64,000 bases of DNA from an uncultured Rickettsiales bacterium (lineage in GTDB: Bacteria; Pseudomonadota; Alphaproteobacteria; Rickettsiales; SXRF01), in contig CAYOOP010000001.1 of assembly GCA_964405685.1 (NCBI GenBank), positions 270,922 through 334,921 of the forward strand, in the 5' to 3' direction. This document shows, in pieces, positions 1 through 9,471 of the stretch (within the stretch, counting starts at the first letter, position 1; each line of letters opens with the position of its first letter). The translations under genes were made by a program, and so were the position numbers. Below the pieces are notes generated by a model. It ran no database searches. It was not told where the DNA came from and saw nothing but the letters and a program-made list of their open reading frames with translations.

Positions 1-1
1 C

Positions 2-400
2 TTACCCGTGTTTCGTCTGGCCAGGGAGAAAATGCAGTTCTTGAGTGAGCGCCAGGTGGTGCTTGCTCAAAACGTCGCCAATGTCGACACACCCGGCTAT
101 GCCGCTAAAGATTTGAAAACGCCAAATTTTAAAGCGATGGTCAGCGGCGGGATGAGCGACCTTGGGATTATGCGCACCAACCCGATGCATTTTGATGTGC
201 AGCCAGCAACCAAAGGTGGGCATTACAAAGCCGCCAATGATGCTGGCGATGAACGCAACCCGGATGACAGCCGCGTTTCGCTTGATGATGAACTCAAAAA
301 AGTCGCGCAGACGCAGATGGAATATAACATCGCCACCAGCGTCTACCGCAAGCAAATCGGCATGTTCAAGCTGGCGCTTGGCAATACGAACGCAGGATAA
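2..400 (+). CDS. flgB: Flagellar basal-body rod protein FlgB, 5' end probably cut by the window edge
   Basis: The translation ...LPVFRLAREKMQFLSERQVVLAQNVANVDTPGYAAKDL matches the FlgB N-terminal rod motif (NxAN.DTPGY). The frame stays open to base 2. The ORF track starts it at GTG 8. Confidence 0.9.
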   Translation, partial: LPVFRLAREKMQFLSERQVVLAQNVANVDTPGYAAKDLKTPNFKAMVSGGMSDLGIMRTNPMHFDVQPATKGGHYKAANDAGDERNPDDSRVSLDDELKKVAQTQMEYNIATSVYRKQIGMFKLALGNTNAG

Positions 401-414
401 GAGTAGGATAGACT

Positions 415-822
415 ATGCAAATTACTAATGCCATGGATGTCGCCGCTAGCGGGATGAAAGCCCAGTCGGATCGTTTGCGTGTGATCGCAGAAAACATTGC
501 CAATGCGGAATCGACTGGTGCTACGCCAGGGTCGGAACCTTATCGGCGCCAGATTGTGGTGTTTAAAAATGAGCTGGACCGCAAGCTTGGCGTGCAAGTA
601 GTCAATGTCAAAGAACAGATTAAAGATAAATCCGACTTTAATCTCAAATACATGCCCGGCCATCCGGCGGCGAATGCTGATGGGTACGTCTTGATGCCTA
701 ATGTGAACACGATTATTGAAATGGTGGACATGCGCGAGGCCAGGCGTGGATATGAAGCAAATCTCGGCGTAGTCGAAGTCAGCAAAGCAATGGTGAACCG
801 TACTCTCGAGCTATTGCGCTGA
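415..822 (+). CDS. flgC: Flagellar basal-body rod protein FlgC
   Basis: 135 aa. MQITNAMDVAASGMKAQSDRLRVIAENIANAEST... with C-terminal MVDMREARRGYEANL is the typical FlgC signature. It follows flgB directly. Confidence 0.92.
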   Translation: MQITNAMDVAASGMKAQSDRLRVIAENIANAESTGATPGSEPYRRQIVVFKNELDRKLGVQVVNVKEQIKDKSDFNLKYMPGHPAANADGYVLMPNVNTIIEMVDMREARRGYEANLGVVEVSKAMVNRTLELLR

Positions 823-829
823 TAATTGC

Positions 830-915
830 GTCATCCTGCTTAACCCGGAGGGTTAGAGCAAGATCTCATAAACCCAGGAGATTCTGCCCCATGACTTCGT
901 TGTGAGAAGAATGAC
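830..915. repeat. Intergenic element with GTCATCC...GAATGAC terminal inverted repeats (family copy 1)
   Basis: Starts GTCATCCTGC and ends AGAATGAC. Contains the internal hairpin TAACCC-GGA-GGGTTA and the motif GATTCTGCCC, which the element at 3059-3109 also carries in reverse orientation. Lies between flgC and fliE. Confidence 0.45.
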
Positions 916-951
916 GGTGGAATTAACTGTTATTTAAGGCCAATCTTGTAA

Positions 952-1278
952 GTGAACACTATGGTGGACGTAAATTTATCCCGCGCAGCGAATGCGTACC
1001 AACAGCAAATGAAAATGCTGAGTAGCATGGATGCGGGCGCGGACAGTGAAGCAACCAGCGGCCCGAGCTTCGGTGATTTTTTAGGTCAAGCGATTGAACA
1101 TGTGGTCGACACCGGTAAAAAAGCCGAGAAAGCACAGCTTGCGGCACTCACCGGCGAAGGGGATTTGAGCACGCTGGTTTCGGCAGTTGCAGAAGCGGAG
1201 TTGACACTCAACACCGTGGTTGCCGTACGTGACCGGGTGATTTCTGCGTATCAGGAAATTCTGAGAATGCCGATCTAG
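952..1278 (+). CDS. fliE: Flagellar hook-basal body complex protein FliE
   Basis: About 105 aa. The C-terminus LTLNTVVAVRDRVISAYQEILRMPI is the conserved FliE tail. The true start may be ATG 961. Confidence 0.85.
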   Translation: MNTMVDVNLSRAANAYQQQMKMLSSMDAGADSEATSGPSFGDFLGQAIEHVVDTGKKAEKAQLAALTGEGDLSTLVSAVAEAELTLNTVVAVRDRVISAYQEILRMPI

Positions 1279-1526
1279 TAGCGGCTGAAGACTTCTTTGA
1301 CGAGCAAGATAAACCATTGAATAATATGATCACCGACGCCTTTGAGAACGTCGGTGGCATACATCGCGTAGTCCACGCATTGAGGGATTTTGCTGGTGTC
1401 AAATAAACAGACCGAAAAGCCAGCGAATAATGCAATCAGTCCCACACCACTCAGTGCATGAAACACTTTGAAGATGGCGGGAGGAGTGGGGACGGGATGT
1501 TGCATAGACGATGTAATAAATGCCAT
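1275..1526 (-). CDS. Hypothetical small membrane protein
   Basis: 83-aa ORF with one hydrophobic stretch (GVGLIALFAGFSVCLF) and AGAGG about 8 nt upstream of the ATG. It fills the fliE-trmL gap convergently. No recognisable family. Confidence 0.3.
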   Translation of the reverse strand: MAFITSSMQHPVPTPPAIFKVFHALSGVGLIALFAGFSVCLFDTSKIPQCVDYAMYATDVLKGVGDHIIQWFILLVKEVFSRY

Positions 1527-1622
1527 GTTTAACCTCTCGCTTGATTATCTCAAATGAGGCTCGCTTCGTACAGGGATTTCGGCTAATTCTCGTCAAACTT
1601 CATCAAGTTGTCACAATTGCTT

Positions 1623-2069
1623 ATGCCCTCCATTGCCCTCTATCAGCCTGATATTGCTCAAAATGTTGGTGCCGTTATTCGCACCTGCGCCTGTTTTGGC
1701 GCTCCGCTACACATCATTGAACCGTGCGGGTTTATCTTCGATATGGCGCGGATTAAAAAGGCAGCGCTTGATTATGTGGAACATGCGGACGTTATCCGCC
1801 ACAGCAGTTTTGAGGTGTTTAGGAAAGATCGGCCGGCAGGGAAATTGGTGCTCTTTTCCACCAAGGCAACGCTTGATTATGATCAACACGCATTTGCACC
1901 CAATGATCTACTTCTCTTCGGGCGCGAGAGCGCGGGAGTGCCGGAAGATGTTGCGGCGGCAGCAGATGTATGTGTACGTATTCCGATGCGTGAAGGCATG
2001 CGTTCGCTTAATGTGGCGCAAACTGCGGCGATTGGAATTTCAGAAGCAATGAGGCAACACCGAGCATGA
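1623..2069 (+). CDS. trmL: tRNA (cytidine/uridine-2'-O)-methyltransferase TrmL (SpoU family)
   Basis: [34 protein letters not shown]... and C-terminal [15 protein letters not shown] are SpoU/TrmL motifs. I chose ATG 1623 inside the 1608 ORF. Confidence 0.85.
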   Translation: MPSIALYQPDIAQNVGAVIRTCACFGAPLHIIEPCGFIFDMARIKKAALDYVEHADVIRHSSFEVFRKDRPAGKLVLFSTKATLDYDQHAFAPNDLLLFGRESAGVPEDVAAAADVCVRIPMREGMRSLNVAQTAAIGISEAMRQHRA

Positions 2070-3055
2070 TTAAAGACCAACAGGAAAAAGCAGCCGCGTG
2101 GTTTCGCGATTTACGCAACCGCATTTGCGCAGAATTTGAGAAGATCGAACAAGAATATAATATGTGGTCAGCAGACCACACCAGCCATGAGCCTACGAAG
2201 CAGCGCCCCATGGAATGTTCTCCTGAACATTCCATGGGGCTTTTCAAAAGAACACCCTGGAACCGCGAAGGCGGTGGGGGCGGTGAAATGTCGGTGATGA
2301 AAGGACGTGTGTTTGAAAAAGTAGGTGTGAATATTTCAACCGTACACGGTGAGTTTACACCTGAATTCCGCAAAGAAATGCCCAACGCACAAGAATATCC
2401 CTTCTTCTGGGCGAGCGGAATTTCCTTGGTTGCACATATGTGTTCCCCGAAGGTTCCGGCGGTGCATATGAATACAAGGATGATAGTGGTGTCGAAAGTA
2501 CCATTTAGTGATTCGAGGCCAGAAGGCCGAGTCAGCCCTGAGCTGCGCCTCATGGCGGATTCAGCAGAATCCGCCGGAGGCAATCAATATAAACTCTGGT
2601 TTGGTGGAGGTGCGGACCTCACGCCGATGAAGCCCGATGCCAAAGATACGGAGGATTTTCATGCGGCGTTTAAGGCCGCGTGCGATGCGCATGATGCAGG
2701 CTATTACCCCAAATTCAAACAATGGTGTGATGAGTATTTTTTCCTGAAACACCGTAATGAACCGCGCGGCGTGGGCGGGATTTTTTATGACTATGTGAAC
2801 ACCGGGAATTGGGATGCCGATTTTGCATTTACGCAATCCGTTGGCGAAGCGTTTTTGAATATCTACCCGCAATTAGTGCGGCGATATTACAAAGAAACAT
2901 GGACGAAGGAAGACCGAGAACACCAGCTGATGCGGCGCGGGAGGTATGTGGAGTTTAATTTGCTGTATGATCGCGGCACGCGGTTTGGGCTTATGACCGG
3001 TGGCAATACGGAGGCGATTTTGATGAGTCTTCCTCCAGAGGTGATGTGGCCATAA
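2066..3055 (+). CDS. hemF: Oxygen-dependent coproporphyrinogen III oxidase HemF, carrying two extra in-frame segments
   Basis: Motifs [66 protein letters not shown] and EAILMSLPP are present. ATGA overlap with trmL. At 329 aa it is longer than the roughly 280-300 aa I recall for HemF. Confidence 0.92.
   Translation: MIKDQQEKAAAWFRDLRNRICAEFEKIEQEYNMWSADHTSHEPTKQRPMECSPEHSMGLFKRTPWNREGGGGGEMSVMKGRVFEKVGVNISTVHGEFTPEFRKEMPNAQEYPFFWASGISLVAHMCSPKVPAVHMNTRMIVVSKVPFSDSRPEGRVSPELRLMADSAESAGGNQYKLWFGGGADLTPMKPDAKDTEDFHAAFKAACDAHDAGYYPKFKQWCDEYFFLKHRNEPRGVGGIFYDYVNTGNWDADFAFTQSVGEAFLNIYPQLVRRYYKETWTKEDREHQLMRRGRYVEFNLLYDRGTRFGLMTGGNTEAILMSLPPEVMWP
2206..2239. repeat. Perfect palindrome (15-bp arms, 4-nt loop) inside the hemF coding sequence
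   Basis: CCCCATGGAATGTTC-TCCT-GAACATTCCATGGGG read directly from the sequence. It encodes [12 protein letters not shown] in the hemF frame. Confidence 0.85.
2507..2587 (+). repeat. 81-bp hairpin-rich repeat element, in-frame copy 1 (inside hemF)
   Basis: An ungapped hand alignment to the reverse complement of 29421-29501 gives 57/81 identities. Hairpins are GGCC-AGAA-GGCC and GGCGGATTC-AGCA-GAATCCGCC. It encodes [27 protein letters not shown]. Confidence 0.7.
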
Positions 3056-3058
3056 ATT

Positions 3059-3109
3059 ATCATCCCGCCGAAGGGCAGAATCCGGATCCCGCGACAAGCG
3101 CAGGATGAC
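3059..3109. repeat. Intergenic element with ATCATCC...GGATGAC terminal inverted repeats (family copy 2)
   Basis: ATCATCCCGCC...GCAGGATGAC with a central ATCCGGAT palindrome and GGCAGAATC motif. Lies just after the hemF stop. Confidence 0.45.
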
Positions 3110-3139
3110 AGATGAAGTGCGGGCTGCTATAAGCACACT

Positions 3140-4237
3140 ATGTCTGCTTACATCATCCGCCGTTTGTTATTTATGATTCCGACGTTGTTGGGGATCATGG
3201 CGCTGAATTTCGCGATTGTGCAAGCAACTCCCGGCGGGCCAGTCGAACAGATGGTGGCAAAACTCACCCATATTGATCAAAGCAGCACCTCGCGCATTTC
3301 CAGCGGTGGGAGCGATTTTGCGGGTGCGTCGCAAGTCGCCATGAATGCAGAGACCGCTTATCGCGGCGCGCGGGGACTCGACCCCGAATTGATTGAACGA
3401 TTGGAAAAAATGTATGGGTTCGATAAGCCGCCGCTGACGCGATTTTTCTTGATGCTAAAAAACTATGCGACGCTTGATTTTGGTGAGAGTTTTTTTCGCA
3501 ATGAGCGCGTAACCACGCTGATTTGGAACACCCTGCCTGTCACCATTTCGCTGGGCTTATGGACGACGCTGCTCATCTACGGCATTTCGATTCCACTGGG
3601 CATTAAAAAAGCCGTGCGCGATGGTAGCACGTTTGATGTAGCAACCAGCACCTTGATTATCGTCGGCTATGCCATTCCCAGCTTCTTATTTGCGATTTTG
3701 CTCATCATTGTATTTGCCGGTGGCAATTATTTTCAGTGGTTCCCGCTGAAGGGTTTGAGTTCGGACAATGCTGCCGAGCTTGGATTTTTCGCACGGATTG
3801 GCGATTATTTTTGGCACATCACCCTGCCCGTTGTTGCCATGGTGCTAAGCGGATTCGCAAGCCTTACCATGCTCACCAAAAATTGTTTCTTAGATGAAAT
3901 CAGCAAGCAATATGTGTTAACCGCGCGTGCCAAAGGCCTGGCCGAACGCAAGGTGCTCTATGGCCATGTGTTTAGGAATGCGATGTTGATTATAATTGCA
4001 GGATTTCCGAGTGCACTGCTTGGGATTATGTTTACCTCGGCGCTGCTGATTGAAATTATTTTTTCGCTCAACGGGCTGGGGCTCTTGGGCTACGAAGCGG
4101 TGATCTCGCGGGATTACCCGATTATTTTCGGCACATTGTTTATCTTCACCTTACTCGGCCTCATCTCCAATTTAATTGGCGATTTGGTCTATATGTGGGT
4201 CGACCCGCGGATTGATTTTGATCGGAGGGGGGAATGA
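3140..4237 (+). CDS. yejB: ABC transporter permease, YejB-like (peptide/microcin C type)
   Basis: 365 aa. The N-terminus YIIRRLLFMIPTLLGIMALNFAIVQATPGGP is typical of OppB/YejB-type permeases. Multiple TM helices. First gene of a 3-gene overlapping operon. Confidence 0.85.
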   Translation: MSAYIIRRLLFMIPTLLGIMALNFAIVQATPGGPVEQMVAKLTHIDQSSTSRISSGGSDFAGASQVAMNAETAYRGARGLDPELIERLEKMYGFDKPPLTRFFLMLKNYATLDFGESFFRNERVTTLIWNTLPVTISLGLWTTLLIYGISIPLGIKKAVRDGSTFDVATSTLIIVGYAIPSFLFAILLIIVFAGGNYFQWFPLKGLSSDNAAELGFFARIGDYFWHITLPVVAMVLSGFASLTMLTKNCFLDEISKQYVLTARAKGLAERKVLYGHVFRNAMLIIIAGFPSALLGIMFTSALLIEIIFSLNGLGLLGYEAVISRDYPIIFGTLFIFTLLGLISNLIGDLVYMWVDPRIDFDRRGE

Positions 4238-5262
4238 CTTTTTCTCCGATTACGCAAAAACGCATCACCAAATTCCGCTCTAACAAGCGCGGCATTGTTT
4301 CGCTCTGGATTTTTCTTGCGCTGTTTATAGTCACGCTGTTTGCGGAGGTGATTGCCAACGATAAACCGCTGCTGCTTTCCTATCAGGGCAAGCTCTATGT
4401 GCCGATGGTAAAAACCTATAGTGAGCAAGCGTTTGGTGGGGATTTTGAGACAGAGGCGGTCTATCGCGATCCGGAATTTATCAAGCGGGTTAATGCGGAT
4501 GGGTGGATGGTGTGGCCGCTGTTGCACTACAGCTATTCTACCATCAATTACGATCTCGGACGTTCGACGCCAACGGCACCGGATGTGGCGAATCTGCTCG
4601 GGACGGATGATCAGGGGCGCGATGTATTGGCACGGGTGATTTATGGGTTCCGGATTTCGATTTTGTTTGCGCTGACGTTAACCTCGGTGAGTGCCGTGGT
4701 GGGGATTGTTACCGGCGCGTTACAAGGCTATTTTGGGGGGTGGACGGATTTGTTGTTTCAGCGGTTTATCGAGATTTGGTCGGGCCTGCCGGTGTTGTTT
4801 ATGCTGATTATTTTATCGAGTTTTGTGGAGCCGAATATTTTTTGGTTGCTGCTCATCATGCTACTTTTTTCGTGGATGAATTTAACCGGCGTGGTGCGCG
4901 CAGAATTTTTGCGTGCACGGAATTTTGATTATGTGAAAGCAGCGCGGGTGCTTGGAGTCTCCGAATGGCGGATTATGCTTAGGCATGTGCTGCCCAATGC
5001 GCTCACGGCGGCGCTTACCATTTTGCCGTTCATGCTTTCGCATGGGGTGACAGCGCTTACCACCCTGGATTTTCTGGGGTTTGGGTTGCCGCCGGGGTCG
5101 CCATCGCTTGGGGAATTACTGCTGCAGGGGAAAAATAATCCGCAAGCGCCGTGGCTGGGGATTACGGGCTTTCTGGTGATTGCATCGCTCTTAGTGCTGA
5201 TTATCTTTATCTCAGAAGCGGTGCGCGATGCGTTTGATGATCGGAAAGGAATGCGGCGATGA
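4234..5262 (+). CDS. yejE: ABC transporter permease, YejE-like
   Basis: 342 aa. LLGTDDQGRDVLARVIYGFRISILF is the OppC/YejE signature. 4-nt overlaps with both neighbours. Confidence 0.85.
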   Translation: MTFSPITQKRITKFRSNKRGIVSLWIFLALFIVTLFAEVIANDKPLLLSYQGKLYVPMVKTYSEQAFGGDFETEAVYRDPEFIKRVNADGWMVWPLLHYSYSTINYDLGRSTPTAPDVANLLGTDDQGRDVLARVIYGFRISILFALTLTSVSAVVGIVTGALQGYFGGWTDLLFQRFIEIWSGLPVLFMLIILSSFVEPNIFWLLLIMLLFSWMNLTGVVRAEFLRARNFDYVKAARVLGVSEWRIMLRHVLPNALTAALTILPFMLSHGVTALTTLDFLGFGLPPGSPSLGELLLQGKNNPQAPWLGITGFLVIASLLVLIIFISEAVRDAFDDRKGMRR

Positions 5263-6827
5263 GCTTGCTTTCGGTCGAACATTTAACGGTGGCGCTGGAG
5301 GATGAGCGCAAGCTCGTAAACGATGTTTCGTTTGCCATTGAGCGTGGGGAGATGCTGGCACTCGTGGGTGAATCCGGTTCGGGAAAATCGCTGACGGCGC
5401 TTTCGGTGATGCGGTTGTTGGCGCGACAGTTTCACGTTTCGGGGTCGATTGCGTTTGATGGGAAAACACTTTCTGAGCTTTCTGAACGTGAGATGCGCGG
5501 GATTCGTGGCGCGGATATTGGGATGATTTTCCAGGAGCCGATGACGGCGCTGAATCCGCTGCATACGATTGGGAAACAAATTGGCGAGGCGATTACGATT
5601 CATCATTCGCGTGAGCCGGAGTTGCGTGCACGGATTATGCAGTTGCTCGAGGATGTGGGGTTGCCGTATTTGAAGGAGCGACTGGGTGCTTATCCGCATG
5701 AGCTTTCGGGCGGAGAGCGACAGCGGGTGATGATTGCGATGGCGATTGCGAATAACCCGAAGCTCTTGATTGCTGATGAACCGACGACGGCGGTGGATGT
5801 GACCATTCAGGCGACGCTTTTGACACTGCTTAAAAAACTCCAGCGCGAGCGCAGCATGGCGATGTTGTTTATTACGCATGATCTCTCACTGGTTAAGCAC
5901 ATGGCGGAGCGGGTGGCGATTATGAAACAGGGCGAGTTGGTGGAGGTGGGCGAGGTGAAGACGGTGTGGGCGGCACCGCAACATCCCTATACGCAGGCGT
6001 TGCTTAAAAGTGAGCCTAAGGGTGAGGCGGTGACGCTGCCGGCCGATGCGGAAGTGTTGCTGGAGGCGAAGAGTGTGAATGTTGGGTTTCCGGTCAAAGC
6101 CGGGGTGTTGCGGCGGGTGACGGGGGTGAATGTTGCGGTGAAGGGTGTGTCGCTAACGCTTAAAAAAGGGGAGACGCTGGGGATCGTCGGCGAATCGGGC
6201 TCGGGGAAAACGACGTTGGCATTTGCACTGATTCGGATGCTGAAGGCGAGCGGCACGGTGGTGTTTGCGGGACGGGAGATTAGTGCGCTCACTCGCAAGC
6301 AATTGCATCCGCTCAGGAGGGAAATGCAACTCGTGTTTCAGGACCCGTTTGGGAGCTTGAATCCGCGGATGACGGTGGGGCAGATTATTGGCGAGGGACT
6401 GCGCGTGCATGAGCCGGATGCGCGCGACCACGAGGCGCGGATTGCGCAGATGCTCATCGATGTCGGGCTTTCGCCCGAAATGGCTGGCCGCTATCCGCAT
6501 GAATTTTCCGGCGGGCAGCGGCAGCGGATTTCGATCGCCCGCGCGCTGGTGCTAAGGCCCAAGCTGGTGGTGCTTGATGAGCCGACAAGCGCGCTTGATG
6601 TGACCGTGCAAAGTCAGATTTTGGAGTTGCTAAAGAGCTTTCAGCTGCGAGACGGCATCAGCTTCCTGCTGATTTCTCACGATTTACGCGTCATCCGCGC
6701 GATTGCACACCGGATTTTGGTGCTGAGGCGCGGGGAAATGGTGGAGATGGAGACAACGAAAACCCTATTTACAAAGCCAGGAAACACCTATACCAAATCC
6801 ATGATTCAAGCGGCCTGGCTCAGCTAG
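5259..6827 (+). CDS. yejF: ABC transporter ATP-binding protein with duplicated ATPase domains, YejF-like
   Basis: Two Walker A sites ([16 protein letters not shown]), two LSGG(E/Q)RQR signatures and two Walker B sites ([16 protein letters not shown]). Confidence 0.88.
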   Translation: MSLLSVEHLTVALEDERKLVNDVSFAIERGEMLALVGESGSGKSLTALSVMRLLARQFHVSGSIAFDGKTLSELSEREMRGIRGADIGMIFQEPMTALNPLHTIGKQIGEAITIHHSREPELRARIMQLLEDVGLPYLKERLGAYPHELSGGERQRVMIAMAIANNPKLLIADEPTTAVDVTIQATLLTLLKKLQRERSMAMLFITHDLSLVKHMAERVAIMKQGELVEVGEVKTVWAAPQHPYTQALLKSEPKGEAVTLPADAEVLLEAKSVNVGFPVKAGVLRRVTGVNVAVKGVSLTLKKGETLGIVGESGSGKTTLAFALIRMLKASGTVVFAGREISALTRKQLHPLRREMQLVFQDPFGSLNPRMTVGQIIGEGLRVHEPDARDHEARIAQMLIDVGLSPEMAGRYPHEFSGGQRQRISIARALVLRPKLVVLDEPTSALDVTVQSQILELLKSFQLRDGISFLLISHDLRVIRAIAHRILVLRRGEMVEMETTKTLFTKPGNTYTKSMIQAAWLS

Positions 6828-6922
6828 GGTGTTTGGGTAACCGATCCGCCTACGCTCCCTTGAAAGTGCGAGCTACGTCGGGGTCAAGATTTTTTAAGGC
6901 GCGCCGCGCCAGAAAATCTAAC

Positions 6923-7010
<88 letters not shown>

Positions 7011-7082
7011 TTCCCTGTTTTGACCCCCGAAAATGCCCCGTGGTCCACTGGTGGTCCAGTTGGAAAAAAATAGTGGCAACAC

Positions 7083-7349
7083 ATGGCGAAAGATGGACTT
7101 GAAATTCAGATGCCCAAACCCAAAGGACATATCATCTACGAAGGCCCATCATTGATCAACAGCAAATCCATTGTTGTCGTTGCAACACAACAGTCGAACA
7201 ATCTCAAAACCGGCAACATGATTCAGACCTATATCCTGCGCGGACATGGACCCGATTTCGGCCAATAAATCCGGCGAGGATTTTCTATTTGTGGCGGTTG
7301 CGATATGCGCAGCGAACCGACGGATGATCCGAATCTGGTTCGCCGGTGA
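7083..7349 (+). pseudogene. Frameshifted remnant of a phage-type conserved hypothetical gene
   Basis: Frame 1 gives KGHIIYEGPSLINSKSIVVVATQQSNNLKTGNMIQTYILR and then a stop at 7266. A shifted frame continues RGFSICGGCDMRSEPTDDPNLVRR. From memory, the KTG.M.QT.IL and ICG.C motifs occur in a family of phage or prophage proteins of unknown function. Lies 73 bp after tRNA-Ser. Confidence 0.4.
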
Positions 7350-7434
7350 GACGCTGGCAGGCCGCGCCGAGCAATACAAAGCTCTGGTTCAGTAAAATAA
7401 GAATTCATGAGCCTGAAACAGATAGCCCTGAAGA

Positions 7435-8037
7435 CTAACCGGCAATCACTTTTCTAAACGTCTGTGAAATACGACGGCTGCGATGAAGTGTGGTGCCATT
7501 ATATCGGTCGGTTTTGCGCCCAATAATGGCATGTTGCCAGACATAACGCGCATCGCCAGTGAGGACGAGCAGGCTACGCGGTTCCAGTAGCAGTGATGAT
7601 TTCTCGCCTGTTTTGCTGTGCGTGAAATCCATCACGCACGGCGAGCCTAAACTCAGACTGGCGATGGTTTCGGCAAAACAAGGTACACAGTCGATATGCG
7701 CGGAAATACCTTGCCCAGGCTGATATTCATTGATGATAACCTGATCGGGCGTGCGAGAGAAAATGTCCTCGGCGCTCAGGTGCTCGCATAGTCCGACCAG
7801 CCAATCCGGGATGGTGCCGATGCGTAAATCCTGTGTGATACCGCCTGCCTTATAATCGTACCGCCAGCCGTAATGTTGCACGCGGCGCTTCAGCTCTGTT
7901 ATCCACGGCTGGGCATCGATAGTTTGGATGAGTGCTTCTTCAGTGGCTGCATCGATAAAATCGGCAATGTACACCAGCCCAGAAACTGCTGGTTGCGGCG
8001 TTTCAAACAACGATGATTGCAAAAACATTTGGCGCAT
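7435..8037 (-). CDS. AlkB-family Fe(II)/2-oxoglutarate-dependent dioxygenase
   Basis: Motifs NEYQPGQGISAHIDC (HxD), YVWQHAI (distal His) and RISQTFR (RxSxTFR) are present. I prefer ATG 8037. The ORF track extends to a TTG at 8112. Confidence 0.8.
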   Translation of the reverse strand: MRQMFLQSSLFETPQPAVSGLVYIADFIDAATEEALIQTIDAQPWITELKRRVQHYGWRYDYKAGGITQDLRIGTIPDWLVGLCEHLSAEDIFSRTPDQVIINEYQPGQGISAHIDCVPCFAETIASLSLGSPCVMDFTHSKTGEKSSLLLEPRSLLVLTGDARYVWQHAIIGRKTDRYNGTTLHRSRRISQTFRKVIAG

Positions 8038-8232
8038 AGCAAAAACTATTCTATCTTGCAGTCGTTTATATTCAAACGAAAGAATCCAAGCGATGAAAAA
8101 ATCGCCCACCAAACAATCGATACAAAAGGGTGAAAAAGCTCAAGAAACAAGCGGCGTTTGCTTGATCAAAGGGTGGGTTGACTTCTGATGCATTATGGGC
8201 TAATCTAAAATGCAACCTTATATTAGCACCAT

Positions 8233-9471
8233 ATGTCTCCCTCTATTAAACGCACCCTTTCCAAGTCTATTGTCCGCGTCAGCGGTGGGTTTAAGGTGCT
8301 ACTTCTCACTGGGCCAAGGCAGGTAGGCAAGACCACCCTGCTGCAAAACGTCGATAAGAAAAAGCGCACGTATGTAACACTCGACGATTTAACGCAGCGT
8401 GCGGCGGCGTTATCCGATCCTGCCGGGTTTATTCAAAACTTGGAACTCCCCGTTCTGATTGACGAAGTGCAGTATGCGCCTGACTTGTTTCCTTATATCA
8501 AGATAGCCGTGGATAGGAGCCAAAGGCCCGGTGAATTCTGGCTTACCGGTTCACAGCAATTTGAGATGATGAAGAATGTGACCGAATCACTCGCCGGTCG
8601 CGTAGGCATCTTGCAGCTTCAGGGCATTACGCTGGCCGAAGAACAAGGAAGAACAAGCGCTCCCCCCTTTTTGCCGGAAGCAAAGTTGCTTAAAAAACGC
8701 GGGGAATTGGCGCAACCGCTGAGTGCGCACCAAGCCTTTCAGAAAATATGGCGCGGATCATATCCGGCAATGGTCATACAAAAAGGGAAGCATTCAGCTG
8801 AAAACTGGGAACAGTTCTATGATTCCTATGTTTCTACTTATATCCAGCGTGATGTGCAGGACTATCTTGGTGTGAAAAGCAAAGCGACGTTTTTGAAGTT
8901 CATGCAGATCGCCGCTGCGCGCACGGCACAACTCGTCAATTACGCAGATATTGCAAGCGATGTTGGCGTCAGTCAGGTAACGATTAAGTCCTGGCTTAAT
9001 GTTCTGCAAGCCTCCGGCATCGTCAGATTGCTACAACCTTATTACCGAAACCAAACCAAGCGTTTAGTAAAAACACCCAAGCTCTATTTCATGGATACCG
9101 GGCTGTGTGCGTTCCTGACTGGCTGGCTGAACGCACAGGTGCTGGAGCGCGGCGCGATGGCCGGTGCGATGCTGGAAACCTATGTGGTATCGGAAATCAT
9201 CAAGTCATACCTCCACAATGGTCGTAATCCTCGTGTGTATTTTTACCGTGACAATAAAAAGAACGAGGTGGATTTTCTGATTGAGGAAAACGGCACGCTC
9301 TACCCGCTAGAAATTAAAAAAACCGCGTCGCCATCCCGCGCCGATTGCAAAGTCTTTGATTATCTTAAGGGTGTTAAAACCCCTGTCGGGCATGGTGGCG
9401 TCATTTGTTTTGTGTCAACACTTGTGCCGCTCGTCGAAGACATTGACGCCATCCCGGTTGGGTATCTGTAG
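8233..9471 (+). CDS. AAA+ ATPase of the AAA_14/DUF4143 type
   Basis: 412 aa. Walker A LLLTGPRQVGKTTLL and Walker B VLIDEVQYAP. The C-terminal part (YFYRD....EVDFLIE...YPLEIK) is the restriction-endonuclease-like DUF4143 module as I recall it. Confidence 0.8.
   Translation: MSPSIKRTLSKSIVRVSGGFKVLLLTGPRQVGKTTLLQNVDKKKRTYVTLDDLTQRAAALSDPAGFIQNLELPVLIDEVQYAPDLFPYIKIAVDRSQRPGEFWLTGSQQFEMMKNVTESLAGRVGILQLQGITLAEEQGRTSAPPFLPEAKLLKKRGELAQPLSAHQAFQKIWRGSYPAMVIQKGKHSAENWEQFYDSYVSTYIQRDVQDYLGVKSKATFLKFMQIAAARTAQLVNYADIASDVGVSQVTIKSWLNVLQASGIVRLLQPYYRNQTKRLVKTPKLYFMDTGLCAFLTGWLNAQVLERGAMAGAMLETYVVSEIIKSYLHNGRNPRVYFYRDNKKNEVDFLIEENGTLYPLEIKKTASPSRADCKVFDYLKGVKTPVGHGGVICFVSTLVPLVEDIDAIPVGYL

Noticed and set aside
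2-355. 117-aa minus-strand ORF at the left edge.
   Set aside because: It overlaps flgB completely, and flgB has clear family motifs. This is a shadow ORF.
5283-5879. 198-aa ORF antisense to yejF. Similar long antisense ORFs occur at 2008-2583, 10218-10796, 32771-33382, 33666-34319 and 48896-49513.
   Set aside because: They lie entirely inside well-supported genes on the opposite strand. Their composition is Arg/His/Pro/Ser-rich and low-complexity, typical of shadow frames, and they have no recognisable motifs.
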